From positions 736,001 through 800,000 of the forward strand of contig CAWBKB010000005.1 of assembly GCA_963789265.1 (NCBI GenBank): a DNA stretch of 64,000 nt, read 5' to 3'. Of the stretch, positions 42,877 through 55,140 are shown piece after piece. Made by a program: the position numbers and the translations under genes. The first letter of the stretch is position 1, and the number at the start of each line of letters is the position of its first letter. The notes below the pieces were generated by a model. It saw only the letters and a program-made list of their open reading frames with translations, had not been told where the DNA came from and did no database searches. The stretch comes from an uncultured delta proteobacterium (GTDB taxonomy: Bacteria; Desulfobacterota; Desulfomonilia; Desulfomonilales; Desulfomonilaceae).

Positions 42877-44010
42877 TCGGCTCGAAAAAATGGTCAGTTA
42901 TTGTGACGCTGATCGTGATATTCGGCACAGGCCTCGTAATAGGGCTGTGGCTTAACCGGAATGCGCCTCACGCCCGCGTCCCCTCACATCCTGTTCGATA
43001 TGAGCCTCTCGAAAGAGACGAAGCCGTGGTGATTAAGGTTTATCGAGAGATAAGCCCCGCTGTAGTGAACATTATCGCAACTCATCAGGCCCTGACCGCT
43101 TGGATGCAGCTAGTTCCGCAGACAGGGCAAGGGACTGGCTTTGTCATTGATTCAGAGGGCCACATCCTTACCAATAATCACGTCGTGGCAAACGCAGAAG
43201 ATCTTGAAGTCACCTTTGCCGGCCAAAAGAAAATGCAGGCGAAGCTGGTCGGTCGAGACCCGGCAAGCGATCTCGCAGTGATTAAGGTCACCCCTTTTCC
43301 GGGCATGAAAGTGGCCCCGCTCGGGGATTCCGACCAACTCGTGGTTGGCCAGCGAGTCGTAGCAATCGGCAACCCCTTCGGCCTTCAGCACACAGTAACA
43401 GCGGGTTTCATAAGCGCGCTGAACCGTGCTGTGTCCGTTGGCCAGCGTACGATGATGGGGATGATCCAGAACCGACGCCGCTATTAATCCCGGCAACAGC
43501 GGCGGCCCCTTGATAGATGCTCGTGTGGAAGTCATAGCCATTAACGCGGCCATTTTCACGACCAAATCAGGAGGATTTATGGGGATCGGGCTGGCTCTGC
43601 CTATTAATCGGGCTAAAAAAGTGGCGGCGCAAATTGTGAAAGTCGGCCGGGCTATCTATCCGTGGATAGGGATAAAATCATCGAGAAACCTTGAACCGGA
43701 ACTTGCCGTTAAAATGGGGCTCCCACCTGTCAAAGGAGTACTTATTTTTGAATTGTTTCCCGGCACACCGGCAACGAAAGCCGGCCTGAGGGAAGGGGAC
43801 CGCCTGGCTTTTTATGGCAATAGTCCGATACTGCTGGGCGGCGACGTAATCCTCGCCGTGGATGGCACTCCTACCCCGAGTTTTGATGACTTGCAGTATG
43901 CCATGACTCGCAAAAACATTGGTGACCGTGTGCAACTGAAAGTGCTCCGAGGTAAACAGGAGTTTCCAGTCGACCTCGTTTTGGCCGAAGATCCGCGAAT
44001 GCGACAATGA
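42873..44010 (+). CDS. HtrA/DegP-family serine protease with one PDZ domain, one frameshift near 43470
   Basis: TNNHVV, SDLAV, IGNPFG; QTDAAINPGNSGGPL is recovered across the shift; C-terminal PDZ. Confidence 0.9.
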
Positions 44011-44263
44011 ATCTTATTCTGTTGTGATATTCATCATCTTGGAGGACCTGGAAGCGACTGGAAAAAGGACGGCCGGGTTGCGAAATGACGCCTCTGCGCC
44101 TCGGCAAACTCCGGCCAACTTCACATCAGAATTACCCGGTTAATGATTCTGATGCGGGGCGGCAATATTTGATTCGCCGGTGGCCTGATCGACCGGCTTT
44201 TCGAAATCTTTTTTACAGGTCTCACGGAGGCCGGATTGCGCCCACGTCTCTTCTTTAGAGACC

Positions 44264-44572
44264 TTATTGAAGAGATGACAAAGGTATATTTTCCGACGCG
44301 CTGGGAGGCTTGATTCGATTACTGGTCGACCCGCCCGGAGGAGGAACCGGTACCGGAACCGCTGGATATGACAGCGGATAAAGTGGGGTCGGCGGAAGGC
44401 GCCACGGCCAGGGCTCGTGGCCTCCCCAAGCAAGAATGGGAGTATGCGTAGGAACTGTATACATCAGCGCGCCATTTGGGGTAACTGCCCCTTCCGGGGC
44501 CACTGAAAACTGGGCTAATGCTGAGGATGCGGCCAGGGCAATCAGAATCAGGGCAAGGAACCACTTTTTCAT
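44264..44572 (-). CDS. Small secreted proline-rich hypothetical protein
   Basis: MKKWFLALILIALAASSALA signal peptide; AAGGA SD. Confidence 0.6.
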   Translation of the reverse strand: MKKWFLALILIALAASSALAQFSVAPEGAVTPNGALMYTVPTHTPILAWGGHEPWPWRLPPTPLYPLSYPAVPVPVPPPGGSTSNRIKPPSASENIPLSSLQ

Positions 44573-44825
44573 CTCTCATTCCTTTGTCTTCAGCCGGAAA
44601 TCAAGCCGGGACCTATTAGATTTCGCGGTGCATTATCGGTTTTCAAATGCCACACCGTCCCCGATCTTACCACCGCACGGGACACCTTTTCAATTCATTA
44701 TTTGTGTCTCGACCATATCCGCAGCCATACCTCCTTGAGCAATCACGGTCAATTAGATACCATTACGAACTGGGATGCACTCCAATTTTCTTGATGCAAC
44801 CGATCTTTGAAAGAAGGAGATATCA

Positions 44826-45608
44826 GTGAACCTCACGGGCGGATTGCTGGATCGCTTCATCGAGAGCCAGATATTCTTTCCCGATCGCTTCTTGGTATGT
44901 ACACCGGCGGACGCGGCGTTGGATTACGAGGATGTATGGTTTTACACCACCGATGAGGTCCGTTTGCACGGCTGGATGGTCCCTGGGTCAGGCAATTCCG
45001 CACTTATGCTCTTTTGTCATGGAAATGCCGGAAATATTTCCCATAGGCTCGACAACATCCGGCGTTTGCACGATACAGGGTTGGATGTATTCATATTCGA
45101 TTACCGCGGCTATGGGCAAAGCAGCGGACGAATATCCGAAAGCGGATTTTATCTGGATGCCGAAGCCGCTTACGCACTAGCTCTCAAACACGCGGCTGCG
45201 AGGAAATTGAAACTGATCATATTCGGCCGATCGCTTGGCGGTATAGCAGCGGTACATATAGGCGCCCGCTACACTTGTTCCGGCTTGATTCTTGAGTCTA
45301 CCTTCACTAATATGGCCGATATGGCACAAGTGCATTTTCCTTTGCCCGTTCCACGGGGAGTTGTCTCCCACAGATTCAATGCTTTGGAAAAAATCGGCCG
45401 GATAAACGCCCCTATTTTGTTCTTCCATGGAGACATTGATAACATAGTGCCTGTTCAACTAGGCCGCGAACTCTTCCATGCTGCAAGGGGCCCCAAGGAG
45501 TTTGTAACCATCGAAGGTGCGGGGCACAACGATACCTACTTGGTGGCGAGCCGGGTGTACTTTGACAAGATAAGAGATTTCGCCAACTCACTGCCTGCAC
45601 TTCCGTGA
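44826..45608 (+). CDS. Alpha/beta hydrolase (ABHD13/YfhR-like)
   Basis: HGNAGN, DYRGYG, GRSLG nucleophile, HGDID, AGHND. Confidence 0.88.
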   Translation: MNLTGGLLDRFIESQIFFPDRFLVCTPADAALDYEDVWFYTTDEVRLHGWMVPGSGNSALMLFCHGNAGNISHRLDNIRRLHDTGLDVFIFDYRGYGQSSGRISESGFYLDAEAAYALALKHAAARKLKLIIFGRSLGGIAAVHIGARYTCSGLILESTFTNMADMAQVHFPLPVPRGVVSHRFNALEKIGRINAPILFFHGDIDNIVPVQLGRELFHAARGPKEFVTIEGAGHNDTYLVASRVYFDKIRDFANSLPALP

Positions 45609-45660
45609 GAATCTCGCCCGCCTTGGACAAGGTAACCAATTGACTTCGCCGGGGACCAAA

Positions 45661-47229
45661 TCATATATGGCTCTGATCGGCGGGATCTTCTTGGTAGCTG
45701 TGATAGCTGTGCCTCATTCCGTATAAAAAGTATATGAACTGTCCTACAATCAGCCATACCAGGAGACGCAGCCAGGATTCAACAGGGAGGCTCAGAGCCA
45801 AATAGAGGCAGCAAACAATCCCAAGCACCGGCACCAATGGGACTAAAGGCGTTTTGAAAGGTCTCGGCAAGTCTGGTTGTTCGTGACGAAGCACCATTAC
45901 GGCAGTGCAAACGACTATAAAGGCAGCAAGAGTTCCGATTGAAACAAGTTCGCCCAGAAGCCCGATAGGAGCCAGTGACGCCACCACTGCCACGGCTAAT
46001 CCGCAGACAGCCGACGTATTAGCCGGGGTGTGGAACCGAGGATGAATCCTGGAAAAGAACAAAGGCAAAAGTCCGTCGCGAGCCATGCTGAATAGAATAC
46101 GCGCCTGGCCCAGCAGCAAAACGAGAATTACCGAAGTCAGTCCAGCGATGGCCCCGAGTTTTACCAAAAACGCCAGCCAGTGAATTCCAATGGAGTCGAT
46201 AGCCACAGCAACGGGATCCGCCACGTTAAGTCTTGAATAGTTGACAATGCCGGTGATGACCAGAGCAACTAGAATATAGAGCACAGTACAGATGGCCAAG
46301 GAGCCCAGAATGCCAATAGGCATATCGCGTTGGGGATTGCGAGCTTCCTGGGCTGTAGTAGAGACGGCATCAAATCCGACATAGGCAAAAAAAACCACCG
46401 CCGCCCCTCTGGCCACCCCCGACCAGCCGAACGCGCCGAATTTGCCTGCATTGGGAGGAATGAAGGGGGTCCAGTTCGACGTTTTCACAAATGCAAATCC
46501 TACTGAAATAACAGCTAGGATCACTACAACCTTCACCACCACAATTACAGAGTTGAAGGTTGCCGATTCGCGAATCCCTCTGATAAGCACAGCGCTCAGA
46601 AGAACTATGATAACAAACGCCGGCAAGTTAAACAGTGCCGTTGTTTGCTGCAAAGTGGCCACCGAGATGCCCGCCTGCTGCAAACATTGGCTGTAATTGC
46701 TCAATTGGTGCCATCCCTCAGGCACACAAAGCCCCATTGTGCGGATTAATTTGTCCGACAAATAAACAAGATTAGTCCCAGGGGGGGCTATAAGTTGCGG
46801 GGGAATATGAATGCCGACTTGCCGCAAGAAGCTGACCATATATCCTGACCAACCCACTGCAACGGTCGCGGAGCCTATGGAATACTCGAGAAGCAAGTCC
46901 CATCCGATGAACCAAGCAAAGAACTCGCCTAAAGTCGCGTATGAATAAGTGTATGCGCTTCCTGCAATCGGGATCATGGATGCGAATTCCGCATAACATA
47001 AGCCTGCGAATGCACATGCCGCGCCTGAAAGAACAAATGAAAATACAATGGCAGGCCCAGCGTAGTTAGCTGCCGCTTGTCCTGTTAAAACGAATATTCC
47101 CGCTCCAACAACAGCTCCTATACCAATCGCCGTCAGGTCTATGGGGCCCAAAGCTCTCTTCAGACCAACATCGGTCCGGGCTTCTGCTTGGAGCCCTTCA
47201 ATGCTCTTCTTTCGCCAGAGTTGATTCAT
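45661..47229 (-). CDS. Amino acid permease (APC superfamily, cationic amino acid transporter type)
   Basis: GAVVGAGIF, YAEFAS..P.AGSAY, FFAYVGFD, MARDGLLP. Confidence 0.92.
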   Translation of the reverse strand: MNQLWRKKSIEGLQAEARTDVGLKRALGPIDLTAIGIGAVVGAGIFVLTGQAAANYAGPAIVFSFVLSGAACAFAGLCYAEFASMIPIAGSAYTYSYATLGEFFAWFIGWDLLLEYSIGSATVAVGWSGYMVSFLRQVGIHIPPQLIAPPGTNLVYLSDKLIRTMGLCVPEGWHQLSNYSQCLQQAGISVATLQQTTALFNLPAFVIIVLLSAVLIRGIRESATFNSVIVVVKVVVILAVISVGFAFVKTSNWTPFIPPNAGKFGAFGWSGVARGAAVVFFAYVGFDAVSTTAQEARNPQRDMPIGILGSLAICTVLYILVALVITGIVNYSRLNVADPVAVAIDSIGIHWLAFLVKLGAIAGLTSVILVLLLGQARILFSMARDGLLPLFFSRIHPRFHTPANTSAVCGLAVAVVASLAPIGLLGELVSIGTLAAFIVVCTAVMVLRHEQPDLPRPFKTPLVPLVPVLGIVCCLYLALSLPVESWLRLLVWLIVGQFIYFLYGMRHSYHSYQEDPADQSHI

Positions 47230-47281
47230 TACGTTCAGATTTTTGGAAGGTTGGAAGAGCCTTCTCTCCTTTCAGGGTTGT

Positions 47282-50200
47282 TCAAGACGGTGGGATCTGC
47301 ATCACGACGTCCCGAATTATCTCCACGAGTTTCGTGATATCAACCGGTTTTTCAACAATTGCATCCACACCGCTTTCGATCATCTTTTCCTCTTCATTAA
47401 ACTGTCCGGCCCAGCCTGTCAGAAGGATGAAGGGTGTCTTCGGCAAGCCCTTCTCTTTGCATAAGTTTTTGATAGTCCTCCCGACCTGCCAGCCGTTTAA
47501 ATCGGGCATGCCCAGATCACAGATCACCAAATCTACCGGCTTTTGCTTGAAAAGTTCAAGTCCCTCTCGGCCGGACAGGGCCGTGAAGACGGTTTGTCCG
47601 TATCCCATCAGGCCTTCCCGGAGCATATTGAGCAAAAGCTGCATATCGTCTATTGCCAAGATCTTCAGTTCCAGATCGAAAGCAGTGTGAGCAGATGAAG
47701 TATCTCCCGAAAATCCTTTGGCCATAGGCAATTTCACAGCAAAAGATGATCCGTGTCCCTCTCTGCTTTCTGCTGTGATGGTTCCGGCATGACGGGTGAC
47801 TATACCATAGCTGACGGCAAGACCCATGCCCGTCCCGTTGGGACCCTTCGTGGTCCAGAACGGCTCAAATACTCTTGGCAGAAATTCCTGAGCTATTCCT
47901 ATACCGGTGTCGTCCACACGAAAGATCACACTCCTTTTTCTAGCGTGTGTCGCCACATTAATTTCTCCGCCCTGTGGAAGTGCCTCCGCGGCATTCTTTA
48001 TGAGGTTGACAACCACTTCGAACAACTCATTCTGTTTGCCTCGAACTAAACATCCGTCCGTAAGTTCCAGATTGAGGTTGATGGTTATGCCCTCCCTTTC
48101 CGGAGTGGTTTTCCACCAAGGCTTGGTCATTTCTACAGCCTGCCGGACAAGGTCGGACAAATCGAATGTATCGCTTTTCGCGGAGACGGGTTCGGATTGA
48201 AGATTCGCGAAACTCTGAAGGCGTTTGACAGTCTCGGCTCCAAATTTGGAACTTTCGAGTATCTGCTCAAGATGCCTCCGAACATTGGGTATATTCTCCA
48301 GTTCAAGGTTCAGCGATGCCAACTGAGCCCCACCCATGATGATCTGAAGGAGGTTGTTGAAGTTGTGCGCAACGCCGGAAGCCAGATCTGCTACCGCTTT
48401 GAGACGCTCCGTCTGGATCTGCAAATCTTTGGCCTTGTTCAAATCGGTGCAGTCTTCAAGAATGCCAATTCCTCCAATTATAGAGCCTTCCTCGGTGACA
48501 ATCGGCCCGAAGGAAGCTTTCAACGGCGTGGACTTATCCGATGTCACCGAATGATAACGACCTTCGAAACGCCCTAACTGGCCGGATAAAGCTTTCTTTA
48601 TAGCCGCGACGGCCCACCGGTCATGCAGACCGGTGAGCACGTTTAGACCAAGGAGCTTTTCTTTGGAAGAACCTATAATGCTCACAAAATTGTCGTTGCA
48701 AGTCGTTATGATACCATTATGATTGAAATGAAAGACTCCGAGGGGGGAGTTTCTCAAAAATGATTCGATACTTTTCTTCCGATTGCCTTAGGGCATCTTC
48801 GGCCTTTTTGCGGTCGGTTATGTCTCTGGCAATCACCTGGTGGCCGGTAATTTTGTCTGCCTCCATTATGATACTTACATTTTGTCCCAGCCAGACGGTT
48901 TCTCCATCTTTAGTTAGGATGGGAACCTCGCAATATGTGTCCGCCAGTTTCCGGACAAACTGCGCTCTATAAAACTTCTCTGTTTGTTTTTTATGATCGG
49001 GCCGGATCAAATCGAGATAGTGCTTACCGACAAGCTCCCTTTCGGAGAATCCGGTTATGCGTGAAGCCACGGGATTGACCAATCCTACAATCCCGTCTTC
49101 ATCGGTAAGGAATATGATATCATTAGCTTTCTCCACAACTTCACGGTATCGTGTTTCGCTCGCTCGTAACGCCTCTTCCATCTTCCGGCGTTCGGTAATG
49201 TCCCTAGCCATGCCCTGAACGCCTACTGGTTTATTATCTTTCCTGATTATTCGACTATTGACTTCTACCCAGTGTGGGTTCCCGTCTTTGGCGCGGATCA
49301 GGAGTTCGTAAGGACCTGTAGTCTCAACACCGTCTTCGATCTTCTTGCGAAGCTGCTCTTGAGTTACGTGCAAGTGTTCCGGGTCTACAATATCCCTGAA
49401 ATTAAGTTTTACAAGCTCTGAGGGGCTATATCCGCTTATCTTCGTTGCAGCTCTGTTTACAGAGGTGTAATTACCTTCCAGATCATGCGTATATATCATA
49501 TCCGACGCATTTTCAAAGAGTTTCTCGGTACCGCTTTTCGCTCTCATGGAGAGCCCCTTCCATCCTCTTGCGATCGGTGATGTCCAGGCAATACTCTATA
49601 ATTTGCTCAACGGCCCCTTCGCTGTTGAAAATGGGATAAGCGTGAACTTCCACGTGCTTGAGGTTGCCTGTCTTGTCGCAATGAACATGTTCGGCCACGA
49701 CCGGCCGGCCGGTCCTTTTAATTTCTTCTATGGGACAAAGACTGTCCGCGTCGTTACACGGTTCTTTCCTTTGATGGGACACGGAATAACAAGTTGAACC
49801 GGTGCAATAGCCTGCGGAGACCGCGGCGGAATTCGCTCTATGGATCGTGTAATCGTCCGCATTGATGATATAGAAAGGATGAGTTAATGCCTCCAAGATG
49901 CTATTCAACGATTCGTTTTGACGTCGAACCTGCTCCTCGGCCTGTTTCCGCTGTCCGATTTCCCGCCGGAGCCGCTCATTATGTTCCTGCTTATGGAGCA
50001 GTCGTTTCTTCTCACTGGTCAAGTCCTCGATCAGAACCAGTATTAGTCTGTCCTTCCCCATTCTTAGAGACCGAAAGTTTATGCGGGCCCAGATTTGGCC
50101 ACTGCCAATCTTCATTCTCGCTTCGATGATCCGAGGTTTTCTGGTGGAGAAAACGAACTTCAGTGCTGCCTGTGCCTTCTTCGAAGCGGAACGTCTTGTA

Positions 50201-50472
50201 AAAAGTGTATAAAAAGGAACACCTTCGGTTTCGTCGTACTTGGAGTCTATCTTCCCACAGGATTCGTTGGCAAAAGCAACACAGTATGAACGGTCAACCA
50301 AAAAGGCCGGAATTGGTAGAGCTTGTAACAGCTTGCCGAATGTTGTGGCCGGGATACTGCCCACGCGAAAGCTGCCGGAGGGTGTCAGATCTTTGGTCAG
50401 GAGGTTGTCAAGTTCAATTGTTTGCGTCTTTTCGTGGTCTACACTCGGTGAAAGGAGATCTTTGTCGTCCAT
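47282..50472 (-). CDS. Multi-PAS hybrid sensor histidine kinase with receiver domain, two frameshifts (~49525, ~48755)
   Basis: Tandem PAS/PAC repeats (DITDRK), HNFNN H-box, N box, DTGIG, TGMGL, C-terminal receiver (DD, CDLGMP, KP). Confidence 0.88.
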
Positions 50473-50965
50473 TACCCATCCTCCTCCTGAAAGGACCAAG
50501 CCCGTCCTAGATCGCGGATGTTCGGCCGCGTCGGGCAGGGCCGGCATGGCAGAGGAAGTTCGCTTGAATCGTCCTTAAAGGGCAATTTTTCCGGGCGCGC
50601 GGCCGAAGAGCTCTCGAAGCGCGTCTGTTTCGAGTGAAAATTGCCCAGCGGTAGCGACGGCAACAGTCGGCATGTGTCTTTCGTTACAGACAGGGGGGTA
50701 TTCTTCGAGGAACGGAGGGCCGGTTAAGGGCGGGTGCAGACGGCACGGTTCGGGAGAACCATTGACGATCAATCTCTCAAATTCCCGGAGATCGGCCACG
50801 CTCGCGTTCACGAACCAATCCTACCAACCCTCAAGGCTGCCCCGTTGTCTCTGACAGATTATACGGCGGCCCGTGTAATGCGGGCTTTGCCTCCAACGAC
50901 CACTTAACGTCGTTGTCGATCATTACATATTCTTGGCATCTTGGCAATTTTTTAAGACGCGGGCT

Positions 50966-51196
50966 TCATGTCCCCCATGTCAGAACCCTCAAAAGGAAGA
51001 GTGCCAAAATGATCAGCCACGCACTCTGAATGCTGGTCTGAACCAGTTGCGACCAGCGGGGCTTGTCTCTCAGCCAAATCGAGGCGATTATAAGAAGCCA
51101 GAATATAACAAGATATTGCCACCCCTTGCTGTAACCAAGCCACTGGCCGTACAGGCCCGCGCAATTAAGGAGAAGCGCTTCGCCAATCGATTTCAT
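50966..51196 (-). CDS. Small membrane hypothetical protein
   Basis: GGAGG SD before MKSIGEALL; two to three hydrophobic segments. Confidence 0.55.
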   Translation of the reverse strand: MKSIGEALLLNCAGLYGQWLGYSKGWQYLVIFWLLIIASIWLRDKPRWSQLVQTSIQSAWLIILALFLLRVLTWGT

Positions 51197-51292
51197 TTTA
51201 GTCCTCCTTCCTTTATTGAAATTGTAAGCAAAGCACGCATAAAGTCCATTGTTTCCAGAAGGCCGAGGCAAAATAGCTCTGAGCTGCAATTA

Positions 51293-52486
51293 TCATTCAA
51301 ATCTCATGGCATCTGCCGCATCCAGACGACTGGCTTTTCCGGCGGGTATCAATCCGGATAATATACCCAGGACCACCCCAAAAAATACCCCTCCAATCAG
51401 ACTGGCCAGCAGTACTTCGTATGCCGCAACTATATTGAAAACTATCTCGAGAATATTTATAGCGACCAATCCGATAAGGCTGCCTATTACAACACCCAAC
51501 AGACTGATACAAACGGATTCCAATAGGAATTGAGACATTATCATGCGGTCGGTTGCCCCAACGGCTTTTCGAAGTCCTATCTCGGTAGTTCTTTCCCTCA
51601 CAGCGGCCAGCATTACACTGGTAATACCAAGTCCGCCCAACAGAAGAGTCACGAACGCGGCCGCGTACAGGAACACCTTTACCAGCAACACCGCACTCTT
51701 TAATGTCTTAAGCGCTCCCGGATAATGGACAACCTGAATCGCATCGGCGTAGCCCGGTTGATTTCGTTTCAACAAGTTGTAGATGTCATTGTGGAGCTTG
51801 GGAACCACATCCCAGTTGACCGCGCGAATGTAAATATCTCGCAGTTTGTACATTGCCACGAATCTGGACCTGGCAACCGTGATGGGAATCAATATGGTGT
51901 TCAGATACATTGGATCTTCCATTCCTCCCATCACGCCGACCACTCGGAACGTGTAGCCACCCAAAAATATTTCTTTTCCCAGCGGACTCTCATCTCGCGC
52001 GAACAATCGTTTCAAAACGTCGGTCCCTATGATGCTGACACTCTTCCTATGCCTTATGTCATTCTCGGTAAACTTTCGCCCCTGTGATACGGGCATGAAA
52101 ACAGTGTCGAAAAAGCGGGGACTGACTCCCATGATTCTGTCATTTCCAACTTTCTTATTATTATAACTGAAGGGCATATAATTCCATACCACCGCACATG
52201 CATCGTAAACACCCGGAAGCCTTTTGATATCTTCAATATCTTTGGCGAAATACTGACCATGATGCCATTTTCGGGCTCTGTCAAAGTTCCATGATGCCTT
52301 TAAGACCGTTGCACTGCCTAATACTTCGAGATTTCGACCAAGATCGGTTTCAACGGAATCCCCAATGGTCAAAACAGTCATCAAACCTGCCAATCCCAAT
52401 GAAATCCCGAGGAGAACACCGTTATACCGCCGTTTGTTCCGGTAGACCTGACGCAAAGCAATGGTAAACAGATCGGACGCGTGCAT
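51293..52486 (-). CDS. ABC transporter permease (MacB/FtsX family)
   Basis: GGLGITSVM...ERTTEIGLRKAVGA, QFLLES, PAGKASRLD. Confidence 0.88.
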   Translation of the reverse strand: MHASDLFTIALRQVYRNKRRYNGVLLGISLGLAGLMTVLTIGDSVETDLGRNLEVLGSATVLKASWNFDRARKWHHGQYFAKDIEDIKRLPGVYDACAVVWNYMPFSYNNKKVGNDRIMGVSPRFFDTVFMPVSQGRKFTENDIRHRKSVSIIGTDVLKRLFARDESPLGKEIFLGGYTFRVVGVMGGMEDPMYLNTILIPITVARSRFVAMYKLRDIYIRAVNWDVVPKLHNDIYNLLKRNQPGYADAIQVVHYPGALKTLKSAVLLVKVFLYAAAFVTLLLGGLGITSVMLAAVRERTTEIGLRKAVGATDRMIMSQFLLESVCISLLGVVIGSLIGLVAINILEIVFNIVAAYEVLLASLIGGVFFGVVLGILSGLIPAGKASRLDAADAMRFE

Positions 52487-52730
52487 ATCGATCAGCCTTC
52501 AGATTCGGTACGGACACGGCGGAATTCTATTCACATCGGTACTGCCCCGATGTCGGCCGGCAATCATAATTGCCCGCATCGGACATCACGGCATCCGGGC
52601 TGAAGAATCCTGTCGGCCCTCGCCACATATAATGTTACAATTTACCCCAGTCCGTGATTTGACACAAGATTCGTGGTCCACTGGGTTCGCAGCGAGAAAG
52701 CTGACGACGGTTTCCAGAGGCGGTTAGGTA

Positions 52731-52759
52731 TTGACAGAAAACCTGCATTTAGATAATGT
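52731..52759 (+). promoter_or_regulatory. Sigma70-type promoter of tRNA-Pro
   Basis: TTGACA-17 bp-TAATGT just upstream of the tRNA. Confidence 0.6.
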
Positions 52760-52771
52760 CAAACCATACGT

Positions 52772-52848
52772 CGGGGCGTAGCGCAGTCTGGTAGCGTACC
52801 TGAATGGGGTTCAGGTGGTCGCTGGTTCAAATCCAGTCGCCCCGACCA
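52772..52848 (+). tRNA. tRNA-Pro(GGG)
   Basis: CGGGGCG acceptor stem pairing with CGCCCCG, D arm, CCTGA/TCAGG anticodon stem with loop ATGGGGT, GGTTCAAATCC T loop, encoded CCA. Confidence 0.95.
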
Positions 52849-52878
52849 CGAAAAATCATTTCAATTTTACTCGTTCAG

Positions 52879-52909
52879 CAGCCGAAGGTTCTCGGCTGTT
52901 TCCTTTTTT
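52879..52909 (+). terminator. Rho-independent terminator after tRNA-Pro
   Basis: CAGCCGA-AGGTTC-TCGGCTG followed by TTTCCTTTTTT. Confidence 0.6.
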
Positions 52910-53095
52910 GGGGTCAATGCTCGCTGTTTGGCGGTACGTGTGAAGGCACGGGGAGCAACCGGTCACGCGGGTATGCGGCTCGCGTCGAACAGGCGAATAT
53001 TGGAGGGAAGAAAAGAGGCAATCTTAGCAAAGAAAGTGGACCTTTTAATGGGCGACCGAGTGCGCTACCCGCACGTCTTCAGAGTCCTTTCACTG

Positions 53096-53360
53096 TCAGT
53101 TTAGCCGCTGCTGGAGCATGGCTTTGGCATTCCGCAGGTTTGCGCCGGCAGTTTGAGCGTAATAAGTGGCATGAGCAGATTGAAAGACCTTAAGGGCTGC
53201 CTTGTATGCCCCCACCGCCTCTTCCAGCCGTTCGGTACCACTCTCCCGTTCCCCAATGCTGCATAGAGCGCTGCCCAGGTTGTTTTGGGTCGTGGCCCAG
53301 TGAAGCGGCACTCGATCACGGGTACGCTCTTTCAATGCCTCACGGCACAGCCTCACCGCG
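53096..53360 (-). pseudogene. 3' remnant of a TPR-repeat protein gene
   Basis: REALKERTRDRVPLHWATTQNNLGSAL...LEEAVGAYKAAL is a typical TPR unit; no convincing start or SD; truncated 5' end. Confidence 0.65.
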
Positions 53361-53502
53361 CTCCCCAGGCCGCCCGAAAGGGAGATCTGCCTATCACTTG
53401 TCTGACAAACCACTGACATCAATTAGTCTAACGTCGCCCTCGGTCCACCCTAACCAAGATTAGGCATGGTTTCGCATACGTCTGGCTGCTTCGCAACTAT
53501 TC

Positions 53503-54663
53503 CTACGGCAACCCTATTACCGTCACCGTGGCAGTCTCATTATGAAGCTGACACCCACTGTCTCGTTTTGAAGGACAGTACTCTCCGTAAGTGTAGAAGC
53601 CTGTCATCGGTACTCCCCTACCTACAACTGAGCTAATGCGCAAAGTCTCCTCGCCCGTATGAGAGCCTAGCAGTATCTTGCGGGCCATACACGAATAAAA
53701 GAATATCATGGCCGGCTTACTAGCGCCCAAATCGATCATAGCTCGTCTGGCCGCTTCAGCGGAAGCTTCCAACAAGCTTTCCTTGAGTCCGCCGGAGGCC
53801 AATTGCATAGTCACCCCTTCGGGAACTTCTCCTGCGAATGTGACAGAACCCTCGTTCTCATCTATCGCCATGGCGGCTCGCAATACAGGATCCTCGCCGA
53901 GGCTTAATGATTCGTCTACAATACCGAATGGGAACTGCACCCCGACAGATGGCAGCTTATCTGCCCAAGGGCCGAGATACGATCGGTAAACCGCCAAAGC
54001 AGGCTGTCCATCGAATTCATAGACAACGTTACCTCGGGCACGGGTAACCTTTTTGGGTACTCCCACCGGCATCCACCCACTCTTCACTCCGGTGCCCACA
54101 TGGAAGTTGCCCGTCATGGATATGGCCACGGCCGAGTCAGACAAGATCCTATTTCCGATGAACTGCCATGTTTGCTTGAACTGCCTTGCGTCGCCCGCCG
54201 CACCTCCGCTTATGGGCACATGGGGTCCAAGAATTGAGGTCAACCCGCGCGCGATGGCGCTACCGTTTCCAGTAAGACCATCCGACAGCACTTGCACGTG
54301 ACGCGAGTCACTGGGAAGGCCGCGGGCCAGTTTCTTCCCAGCCATATCGCCGTCGCGGCCGATATTCGAAACGGAAGCTATCTGAAATCTGATCTGATCG
54401 GTTGCAATTCCAGCCAACACCGCTGATTCGAAGCTGAACCCTGATGAAGAGATTTCTCCATCGGCGGTGCACCCGACAAAACTCTTCGCTGCTGCCGAGG
54501 CATAGGCTCCTGCCACCAAATCCGACAAACCTGGGCCAGGGGCACAGAAAAGCCAGCATGCACTAGGCTCCTGTCCCAATTTCTCGACGAGTGCTTCTCC
54601 CATCTCCCGACCCAGCGCTTTAGAAAATGCTTCTCTGCCCACTACTGTGGCCGCTTTGAACAT
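53503..54663 (-). CDS. FIST N/C domain signal transduction protein
   Basis: GGAAGD, FAGEVPEG, SCMAR, GFYTYGE, HNET motifs; start at MFKAATVVG. Confidence 0.88.
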   Translation of the reverse strand: MFKAATVVGREAFSKALGREMGEALVEKLGQEPSACWLFCAPGPGLSDLVAGAYASAAAKSFVGCTADGEISSSGFSFESAVLAGIATDQIRFQIASVSNIGRDGDMAGKKLARGLPSDSRHVQVLSDGLTGNGSAIARGLTSILGPHVPISGGAAGDARQFKQTWQFIGNRILSDSAVAISMTGNFHVGTGVKSGWMPVGVPKKVTRARGNVVYEFDGQPALAVYRSYLGPWADKLPSVGVQFPFGIVDESLSLGEDPVLRAAMAIDENEGSVTFAGEVPEGVTMQLASGGLKESLLEASAEAARRAMIDLGASKPAMIFFYSCMARKILLGSHTGEETLRISSVVGRGVPMTGFYTYGEYCPSKRDSGCQLHNETATVTVIGLP

Positions 54664-54757
54664 GTCTACCCCTTTCGAAGTTAAACCAGTCTCAAAAAAA
54701 GATATATCCGGCCTTGCACTCTCATAGATCATGACAGTGAGCCGTCAGGATTATTTG

Positions 54758-54773
54758 AGCAATATTTGTGCCG
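54758..54773 (-). promoter_or_regulatory. Possible sigma54 promoter for the FIST gene
   Basis: Minus strand CGGCACAAATATTGCT (GG-N10-GC), ~95 bp upstream of the ATG. Confidence 0.55.
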
Positions 54774-55140
54774 TCGGCCGAAATGTACAGTCAAATGTGA
54801 GGAAATATTGGCACTAATTGATTGGCAATCTGTCGGGGTTATATTCGCCGAACCACACAAAGCTACCTACAGGTAACATACCGCGCTATTGATACCTAAA
54901 AGTAGCCTTGATAAGGTGGCCTGCCCGTCAGCATTGGTCCCTGTGACGAGAAGACCTATGGCGGTCTCGGGTCCGTGGATAGCTTTCAAAGAGGCCGAGA
55001 GACGACCGAATATCAGGTGCTATCCGTTGTGAGCATCTTGCGGACACTGGTTAGGTACTGTAGTGACTTGTGAGGATTCTTTTGGCAACGGGCAACAGCC
55101 AGCCTTAATATGATTGAGTCTAGTCTACTTCTCCAGGAAC

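Noticed and set aside
9594..50472. Frameshifts in ilvB, tpiA, pgk, pta, DUF3786, cysS, PBP1A, htrA and the hybrid kinase read as genome decay or programmed frameshifting
   Set aside because: They hit essential genes such as cysS, pgk and tpiA, appear to be small indels often at short homopolymers, and leave catalytic motifs intact. Long-read consensus error is the simplest explanation; read polishing would settle it.
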